Of a stretch of 64,000 nucleotides of DNA, positions 56,627 through 64,000 are shown piece after piece (position 1 is the first letter of the stretch; every line of letters starts with the position of its first letter). The stretch comes from an uncultured Verrucomicrobiae bacterium. Its GTDB lineage: Bacteria > Verrucomicrobiota > Verrucomicrobiia > Limisphaerales > Palsa-1400. The stretch spans positions 1,152,001-1,216,000 of the forward strand of contig OY969763.1 in NCBI GenBank assembly GCA_963702845.1, read 5' to 3'. The position numbers and the translations under genes were made by a program. The notes beneath the pieces were generated by a model. It was not told where the DNA came from, searched no databases, and worked only from the letters and a program-made list of their open reading frames with translations.

Positions 56627-57391
56627 ATGAAACACACGAATCAACTTAGATCGATAATGGGAATTCTGGCGGCGGTGGCCTTGAGTTTTGGAACCGGTTC
56701 GGTCCGGGCCAATAACATCTTGGGCATCGACGTCTCAAGCGCCCAGGGCTTCATCAACTGGTCGAGCGTTCATGGCGATGGAGTGGTGTTTGCGTTTGCC
56801 AAGGCTTCGGAAGGCACTGCGGTGAGCGATGTCGATTTCGCCGGGAATATGACTCGCGGCAAGGCCGCCGGAATTCAAATGGGCGCGTATCATTTCGTGC
56901 ATCCTGACGTGAATTGTCCCAGCGCTGAAGCGAATCACTTTTGGAACGTGGCCGGGGCTTACATCCTGAAGGATGGAAAGTCGCTCAGTCCGGCGATAGA
57001 TTTCGAAGTCTTCAACGGCACCGCCTGCCAGTCCAGCTATACGGCGTGGGCCAATGCGTTCAACAACGCTGTCAAAAACAAGACAACGAATTCGCTGAAT
57101 TGCCAGATCATCATCGCGCCATGCGGGGGTTGCAATTTCACCAGCAGCCTCACCCTTGGACCGTGGATTGTAAATTATAATGGAGAGAACCTATTCACCG
57201 GTAGCCCATGGAACGTCTGCTGCACGTGCAATGTATGGGATTCGACGCACATATGTGGCAGCAAGGTCTGGAATTATTGGGGTGTCAGCGGCACGGGCGC
57301 GATCAGCGGTATTTCGGGCAATGTCGATTTGGACGCGTTCAATGGAACATTGACGTTTTTGAAATCGTCGCAGGGAATTGGAGGAATTTAA
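56627..57391 (+). CDS. Secreted GH25 lysozyme/muramidase
   Basis: Signal peptide; GIDVSSAQG, KASEG, GAYHF, IDFE, GNVDLD. Confidence 0.92.
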   Translation: MKHTNQLRSIMGILAAVALSFGTGSVRANNILGIDVSSAQGFINWSSVHGDGVVFAFAKASEGTAVSDVDFAGNMTRGKAAGIQMGAYHFVHPDVNCPSAEANHFWNVAGAYILKDGKSLSPAIDFEVFNGTACQSSYTAWANAFNNAVKNKTTNSLNCQIIIAPCGGCNFTSSLTLGPWIVNYNGENLFTGSPWNVCCTCNVWDSTHICGSKVWNYWGVSGTGAISGISGNVDLDAFNGTLTFLKSSQGIGGI

Positions 57392-57495
57392 GTTAAGGCT
57401 GAAGTAAAAAACAGTTCGTTTTCCCGCGTAGGTGTGAGCTTGCGCGGGATTTTCAATTAAATAAGAAGGTCGAGCAGCGACGGGACGACGATGTA

Positions 57496-58221
57496 CTAGC
57501 GGCGGCCGTCGTACCAGGGGATGCAGGCTTCGCGGCTTTTGACGGTGGCGCGGGGGCTGAAGAGGGCTTTGCGGAAGAAGTGGAAATATTCGGTTCGCGA
57601 ATAGAGACGCATTTTGCGGGCGGAGGTGAGCATCGGGTGCCGGTGCAGGATGACGATTTTTTCGCGGCGTTGTTTCGCGAGTTTTTTCAGGCGGTTGCTG
57701 AGGTCGATTTCTTCGGATGCGAAGAGTTCGAGGTTGAAGCCGCCGATTTCGCGGAAGGCGTCGGCGCGGCAAAAGATGAAGGAGCCGGCGCTCCATTTGC
57801 GAATGCGGCTGATCCAATTCCACACGCTCGTGAGGCGGTCGGCAAAGAAATGGCGTTCGTCCATGCGGATAACGCAGCCGCCGGCCATGCAGCGGCCGCT
57901 TTGAATTTGTTCGGCGACGTCGGCGAAGAGTTCGGGGGTGGGGTGGGAGTCGGCGTCGATGAAGATGAGCCAATCGCCGGTGGCGACGCTTGCTCCGGTG
58001 TTTCGGGCGCGGGCGATTTGGTTGATTTTTTCGGGGACGACTTTCGCTCCAGCGGCTCGCGCGATGTCCGGGGTTTTATCGGTTGAGTTGTTGTCGCAAA
58101 CGACTAACTCGGTTTCCCATGTGAGCGCGGTGAAGCTTTTCGCGGCGTCTTGAATGCTGCGGAGGGTTGCAACGAGAAGTTTCTCTTCGTTGAACGCAGG
58201 GACGACGATGGAGATTTTCAT
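57496..58221 (-). CDS. Glycosyltransferase family 2
   Basis: ISIVVPAFNEE, DNNSTD, ARNTGA, FIDAD, EEID. Confidence 0.92.
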   Translation of the reverse strand: MKISIVVPAFNEEKLLVATLRSIQDAAKSFTALTWETELVVCDNNSTDKTPDIARAAGAKVVPEKINQIARARNTGASVATGDWLIFIDADSHPTPELFADVAEQIQSGRCMAGGCVIRMDERHFFADRLTSVWNWISRIRKWSAGSFIFCRADAFREIGGFNLELFASEEIDLSNRLKKLAKQRREKIVILHRHPMLTSARKMRLYSRTEYFHFFRKALFSPRATVKSREACIPWYDGRR

Positions 58222-58937
58222 TTGCGCCCGAAGTTGATACTCATCGCGCCGCCGACAGATTGACGATGCTGACATCTTTGCAGCCGAGTTGTCTCATGTG
58301 CGCGGCGACTCGCGTTTTGGGCAGGATAGGCGAGCAGCGATTCGTAGATATAAGCGTGAGTCGCGGCATCGCCACAAAACAACTTACCGAAAATCGGGCA
58401 CGAAATAGTTTTAGATATCCAAAATAGATCGCGCGCAAGAGTGCATTGTCGGGTTTACCAAATTCGAGCACGAGAATGCGCGCTCCAGGCTTTGCCACGC
58501 GATGCATTTCTTCGAGGCCGCGCTGCCAGGATGAAAGATTGCGAAGTCCGTAGCCAACGGTAACGATGTCGAAGGGTTGATTTTCGAATGGCAGGTTTTG
58601 CGCATCGCCCGTGAGGAATTTCAGATTTGAGATTTGCAATTTCAGATTTCGTTTTGCGGCGACTTTTAACATCGCTTTGCTGAAATCCAAACCGGTCGTT
58701 TCTGCTCCTGCTTTCGCGCGAGAGCGGTGGCAATGTCGCCAGTGCCACAACAAACATCCAATGCGCGGTCACCTGGTTTTACGTCGGCCATGCTGGACGA
58801 GACGGCCGCTTCCACACACGATGCATCCAGAAACTTTGCAGATCATTGATGCGATCGTATTGCGGTGCAATTGCTGCAAAGAGATCCTCGACACGCTCGG
58901 CCCGTTTTTCGCCCGGTTCGTAATATGTATTAGCCAT
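58218..58937 (-). CDS. ubiE: UbiE/MenG quinone methyltransferase (several frameshifts)
   Basis: Fragments across frames: IAPQYD, SFWMHRVWK, LDVCCG, GLDFS..ML, GDAQNLPF, YGLRN, EMHRVAKPG, LEF. Confidence 0.82.
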
Positions 58938-60246
58938 GCGGGGCGAGCGCAGGTTGCGCGGGCTTCTCAGGTTTGGGTGGTTGATTCTGGACTTCGTCCA
59001 CGCCGGTGATGATACGCGCGCCGCGTTTGTAAGTTAAATAGGAATATGTCCACTGAATGAGCACCGAAATTTTGTTTCGAAACCCAACGAGGAAGAGCAA
59101 GTGGACGACCAACCACATCATCCATGCGATCCAGCCGGAGAGTTGAAGGTTTTTGATTTGAGCGACTGCCGCGGAACGGCCGATCGTCGCCATGGTGCCT
59201 TTGTCCCAGTATAGAAATGGTGGACGTTTTGTCGGTTTCCCGTCCAGATCATGTTCGATAATTCGTGCGATGTGACGCGCTTCCTGCATCGCACTCGGTG
59301 ACACGCCGGGAACGGGTTTGCCATCGGGCTGGATGCACAGCGCCATGTCGCCGATGGCGAAAACGTTTGGATGACCGGGCACGGAAAAATCGGAATTCAC
59401 TTTCACGCGACCGGCCTTGTCCAATTCGACGCCAAGTTTTTTCGTGAGCGGACTCGCCGACACACCGGCTGCCCAGATGATATTGGCTGCGCGAATTTCG
59501 CGATTGGGTAATTGCACGGAACCTTGGCTGATGTTCTGAACGCGCACGCTGGTGAGCACTTCGACGCCGAGTTTCTTCAGTTGCTCGGCCGCTTTGATCG
59601 ACAGGTGGTCAGGGAAACTGCCGAGAACTCGTGGCGAGCCTTCGACCAAAATAATTCGTGCGCGCGACGGATCGATGTGTCGAAAATCCCGGCGCAAAAC
59701 AAACCGCGCCAGTTCCGCGAACGTGCCTGCAAGTTCCACTCCGGTTGGCCCACCGCCCACGACAACAATCGTCATCAGCTCCTGCTGCCGTTGTGGATCG
59801 GTTTCGTCATCGGCGTGTTCGAACGCGAGCAGGATATTGCGCCGGATGCGGAGGGCGTCATCGAGCGACTTGAGGCCGGGCGCAAATTGTTCCCAATCGC
59901 GGTGCCCGAAATAACTGGTCACACTGCCGAGCGCGAGGACGAGATAGTCGTAGGTCAAAATATCTTTCGAGAGCACCACCTGTCGTTGCGCCAAATTAAT
60001 GTCGATGACTTCTTCCATCAGCACGTCGATGTTGCGCTGCTTCGAGAGAATGGCGCGAATGGGCTGCGCAATGTCCGGCGCCGACAGACCAGCTGACGCA
60101 ACTTGGTAGAGTAGTGGTTGAAACAAATGGTGATTCTGGCGGTCGACAATCGTGACGTGCGCATTCGGATGATCGAATTTTTGGCAAAATGTCAGTCCGC
60201 CAAAACCGGCGCCGAGCACCACTACATGTTTGCCATTTGGATTCAT
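58930..60246 (-). CDS. ndh: Type II NADH dehydrogenase
   Basis: VLGAGFGG, FQPLLYQVA, VVGGGPTGVELAG, FAIGD, KGTMATIGR. Confidence 0.95.
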   Translation of the reverse strand: MNPNGKHVVVLGAGFGGLTFCQKFDHPNAHVTIVDRQNHHLFQPLLYQVASAGLSAPDIAQPIRAILSKQRNIDVLMEEVIDINLAQRQVVLSKDILTYDYLVLALGSVTSYFGHRDWEQFAPGLKSLDDALRIRRNILLAFEHADDETDPQRQQELMTIVVVGGGPTGVELAGTFAELARFVLRRDFRHIDPSRARIILVEGSPRVLGSFPDHLSIKAAEQLKKLGVEVLTSVRVQNISQGSVQLPNREIRAANIIWAAGVSASPLTKKLGVELDKAGRVKVNSDFSVPGHPNVFAIGDMALCIQPDGKPVPGVSPSAMQEARHIARIIEHDLDGKPTKRPPFLYWDKGTMATIGRSAAVAQIKNLQLSGWIAWMMWLVVHLLFLVGFRNKISVLIQWTYSYLTYKRGARIITGVDEVQNQPPKPEKPAQPALAPHG

Positions 60247-60525
60247 CGTGAATCAATTTTTAGCTGTTCGATGTAAAAAGCAAACTCAGCGTGAGAGCCG
60301 TTGCTGTAAGTTGTTGATTTTCAGTGGAGTGACGGTATCGTCAGCCGCAACCCGAGAGCGGTTCAGGGTTTTTACCAGCCCAAAAACCCTTGCGAAAAAT
60401 TTACAAGGGTGTTTAATAATTAATGTTAATCATTTGGATGGGCCGTGCCCATTGCTCCGATTGTTTCGGAGCGTGTTTTTGATGTTAGACCAATTCATGA
60501 AACAGCTTCAACCGGTGAGGGCCTC

Positions 60526-61244
60526 TTGAGTCGCCCTTTTTCTCCTCGACCTGCTCCTGGTCCTTTTATACGCGTCAACGGGAAGATTCGCGCTCGCGAT
60601 GTTCGCGTTATTGACGTCGACAAGAAACAGCTCGGCGTTATACCGCTCGAGCGATGCTATCAATTTAGCGCGCGTCAAAGGCGTCGATCTCGTTGAAATC
60701 GCGCCAAACGCGAACCCGCCGGTGTGCCGATCTGGTGGACTTCGGCAAGTATCGTTACGAACTGGCCAAGCAAGAGAAGGAATCCAAAAAACATCAGCAC
60801 GCGAACAAGGTTAAGGAAATTCAACTTAGCCCGAACATCGACCCGCATGATTTCGGGGTGAAGTTCCAGCACGCGATCGATTTCTTGTGCTCGGACATGA
60901 AGGTCAAAGTGACCTTGCGTTTCCGCGGCCGTGAAATGGCGCATAAAGAATTTGGTTTTCAACAGGTGGACAAATTTGTCAAAGAACTGACGCCTTTTGG
61001 CCATCCTGATGCCGCCCCGAAACTGATCGGCAAAGGCATCAACGTGATGATCAGTCCGCTGCCTCGCAATAAGCGCGCGGCGAACCCGCGTGGTGAGGAC
61101 ATCGAATTGCCGGAAGATGATTCCGATCAATCCGATGAATCGAACGTGAGCGAGGATCAAGAGAATGGCGCGTCGAATGGAAGTTCGGCTAAGCCGGGTG
61201 TCGGGAACGAGGCGTTGTCCAAATTGGAAACCGAAAAGTCCTAA
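60526..61244 (+). CDS. infC: Translation initiation factor IF-3 (frameshifts ~60650 and ~60730)
   Basis: RVNGKIRARDVRVID, DLVEIAPNANPPVCR, DFGKYRYE, KEIQLSPNIDPHD, FRGRE. Probable TTG start after GAGG. Confidence 0.93.
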
Positions 61245-62686
61245 GCGGGCTGCTGCGTTTGCGCGTTCCAACTGCGCACGAGATCCGGAAACAAGCAATC
61301 TGTGCACACCGCATCGGTGTGCTCACAGAAATCCCGTGATACTTGCAGCAATCCCTGCTGAGTCGCTGCCGTCGTCGCGCCGCGCAGAGTGCGGCCTCCT
61401 AATAACCGTTGGCGTGCCAGTTTCAGCACGGAGTTGTCCTGCGCTGCTGGCCAGGCGAAGTAGCGCTTTTCAGCGAGCGTTTCGAGCTTCTGGTTTTTCC
61501 CCGTATGTGCGCGGATCCAGAACCAAGGTAAGATGACGTTGATGGCGAGGTCGGTCACGCGACTGGCTCCGAGCAATGGTTGAGGTTTGGACAGGCGAGG
61601 GGAACGCAAGCTCCAGTGCCAGGACCAGAATTCGTCACAGTCCGGTTGCAGACGTTTCAAGAGCGAGTCGATTTCGGATCGGTCGGCGTCATCTTCCACG
61701 AACCACTTTTCGACGCGTTGCAGAAAATTCGGCGCCGCGACCCAGTGGGCGGCGAGCGCGAGACGGCGTTGTGGTTGGTTTGCGGGACGTAAGCCGTTAA
61801 AACGCCAGAGACTTGGCGGGAGCGCCACATCGGAAAACTTTTCGCGTTCGCGCCACCAGATGTCCCACAGATTTCGCAGATAAGGGCCGGATGAACGATC
61901 GTTCCGCACGTCGTCCGGCAAGAGTCCGCCGCTTCCCAGAAATCTGGCCTGCAACGTCAGCGTTGGCGTTGCGCGCTCGCTCGTCCGCGGCAAGAGTTCG
62001 GCCAATCGTTGCATCGGCCAGACATTTTGTTTGTAACCGAGCGCGCGAAAAAGTCCTTCCCACAGCGCCTGGTCCCAACCGGCTTGTCGCGCGCGCGCTT
62101 CGAGTTCGCCTGCCTTACGCTGAAGTCGAATCCAAGCTGCCTGTTGCAATAGATCGACGACGCGTTCAGGCGAAAGCTCGTTCAACGGCGCACAACATTT
62201 GCCGCGCCATTCATCTGGCCAGCTATGGCCCGTTTCGCCGCCGATTGCTGATTGGATGTCGCTCAAGGGAGCATCGAGAAAAGGTTCGAGCGCCAGCGTA
62301 TCCAAACCGCTGCTGCGTTCGGGCGTGTTCCAGACCACGTGCAGAATCACGTTTTTGAAAGCGGGGTTGCGGTTGTGCCCGTGTCCACGCCAGCCGGCTG
62401 GAACTAAATCGATTTCAACATCGCCGGATTTCGGAGGTTCGCCTTCAAATTGAATTACGGCGTTCCGAAAATCGGGGCCGGATTCGTGATTCCAAAAGCC
62501 CGGATGCAACACGCGAACGGTTCGCCCATCGAGCGTGCGCAATTTGTCGCGCACAATGCGTTGATGATGCCAGATGCTTTGGACGAATCGCTCCGCTGGT
62601 TGCGGTTCGTCTGGTTCACGAAGAAAAAGGCGCGTCTGATTTTCAGCGCGCCATTTCGCATAAAAATTGTTCCGCGGAATTCCCAC
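61241..62686 (-). CDS. DUF2851 family protein
   Basis: PGFWNHESGPDF, GDVEID..W.GHGH..NVILHVV, ALGYKQN, RPANQPQRRL, QQGLLQ, C..C.C. Confidence 0.85.
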   Translation of the reverse strand: MGIPRNNFYAKWRAENQTRLFLREPDEPQPAERFVQSIWHHQRIVRDKLRTLDGRTVRVLHPGFWNHESGPDFRNAVIQFEGEPPKSGDVEIDLVPAGWRGHGHNRNPAFKNVILHVVWNTPERSSGLDTLALEPFLDAPLSDIQSAIGGETGHSWPDEWRGKCCAPLNELSPERVVDLLQQAAWIRLQRKAGELEARARQAGWDQALWEGLFRALGYKQNVWPMQRLAELLPRTSERATPTLTLQARFLGSGGLLPDDVRNDRSSGPYLRNLWDIWWREREKFSDVALPPSLWRFNGLRPANQPQRRLALAAHWVAAPNFLQRVEKWFVEDDADRSEIDSLLKRLQPDCDEFWSWHWSLRSPRLSKPQPLLGASRVTDLAINVILPWFWIRAHTGKNQKLETLAEKRYFAWPAAQDNSVLKLARQRLLGGRTLRGATTAATQQGLLQVSRDFCEHTDAVCTDCLFPDLVRSWNAQTQQPA

Positions 62687-62705
62687 AGGTGCCCTAATCA
62701 GTAAA

Positions 62706-64000
62706 TCAGGCGATTAATTTTGTCACTAATTCACCTTCAACGTCTGTCAGCCGGAAATCGCGACCTTGGAAATGATAGGTCAGCTTCGTGTGATCGAAGC
62801 CGAGCAAGTGCAGAAGCGTCGCATGCAGGTCGTGCACGTGAACGCGGTCCTTCACGACGTTGAAACCAAAGTCATCCGTCTCGCCTAAAGTCAGTCCCGG
62901 TTTAATTCCGCCGCCCGCCATCCACATCGTGAACGCTTGCGGATGATGATCGCGCCCCATGCTGCGACCTGCTTCCTTGTTCGTCTCCACCATCGGCGTG
63001 CGGCCGAATTCACCACCCCAGACGACGAGCGTGTCCTCGAGTAAACCGCGTCGTTTCAAGTCCGTCACTAGTGCTGCCGCGGCCTGGTCGGTCGCTTTGG
63101 TTTGTGCTTTGATACCGCCGTAAACATCCGAGTGATGGTCCCAGGCCTCGTGGAATAATTGCACAAATCGAACGCCGCGTTCGACAAGCCGTCGCGCCAA
63201 CAAACAGTTGTTCGCGAACGAACTCTTTCCCGACCTCGGCGCCATACATAGCCAACGTCTCGGGCGATTCCTTGGAAATATCCATCAACTCCGGCGCGCT
63301 TGTTTGCATGCGATACGCCATTTCAAACGAATTAATACGCGTGGAGATTTCCGGATCACCAACAACATCCAGCCGCTGCAGATTCAATTTGCGCAATGTA
63401 TCGAGGGATTTGCGTTGCATGGCCGGCGTGATGCCCGGCGGATTTGCTAAAAACAAAATCGGATCACCCGTGCGACGGAAGGGCACGCCTTGATAAACAG
63501 TCGGCAGAAATCCACAGCCCCAGTTTGCCGCGCCGCCACTTGTGCCGCCGGCTGAACTCAGCACGACGAACGCTGGTAAATCCTGCGACTCACTTCCCAA
63601 ACCGTACGTCACCCAGGCTCCCATGCTCGGACGGCCGAATTGGGTCGAGCCGGTGTTCATCAAAATCTGTCCGGGCGCATGGTTGAAGGCATCGGTCGTC
63701 ATCGACTTTACGATGGCAATGTCATCAACGATTTGGGCCAGGTTCGGTAATGCTTCGGAAAGCTCAGCGCCGCATTGACCATGTTTGGCAAATTTGAACT
63801 TCGTCGCGAATAGTTCCGCATCGGGCCGAATGAAAGCGTAGCGCTGGTCTTTCACCAACTCGGACGGAACCGTCTTGCCGTCGTATTTGGTGAGCGTCGG
63901 TTTGTAATCGAACAAATCCAACTGACTCGGCGCGCCTGCCTGGAACATGTAGATCACGCGCTTGGCTCGTGCTTTGAAATGAGGCGCGCGGGGAGCGAAA
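62706..64000 (-). CDS. DUF1501 domain protein (5' end outside window; frameshift ~63245)
   Basis: [66 protein letters not shown]. Confidence 0.92.

Overview
Mostly chromosomal DNA from a bacterium that is probably a Verrucomicrobiota (Pedosphaera/Limisphaerales-like). This is inferred from gene content (DUF1501, DUF2851, PATR and Ig-rich secreted proteins, a TMTC-like gene), not from a marker gene. About a dozen genes carry small frameshifts, including infC and hisB, which points to an unpolished long-read assembly rather than real pseudogenes. Left third: a mini IS3 remnant, large secreted proteins (PATR beta-helix protein; two paralogous Ig-domain proteins flanking a TMTC-like GT-C/TPR glycosyltransferase), PLD, a methyltransferase, maa, pckA, and a repeat-dense 1.9 kb region around a small HTH gene. 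Middle: typA, Lhr helicase, an ECF sigma/anti-sigma unit, hisB, imuA-imuB-[DUF433/DUF5615 TA]-dnaE2, udgX and moxR/DUF58. Right: metabolic and envelope genes, a GAF/PAS kinase, tRNA-Ile2(CAT), ndh and infC. Most notable signals: (1) several REP/REPIN-type palindromes sit in frame inside lhr, imuB and dnaE2; (2) at least ten intergenic arrays of 3-5 units with 10-11 bp period but different cores, densest beside the HTH gene; (3) the TMTC-like gene lies between candidate Ig-domain substrates; (4) three unrelated secreted proteins share a C-terminal YR-ending module; (5) a diverged 350 bp tandem duplication spans two convergent gene ends. No CRISPR array, rRNA or intact transposase was seen.
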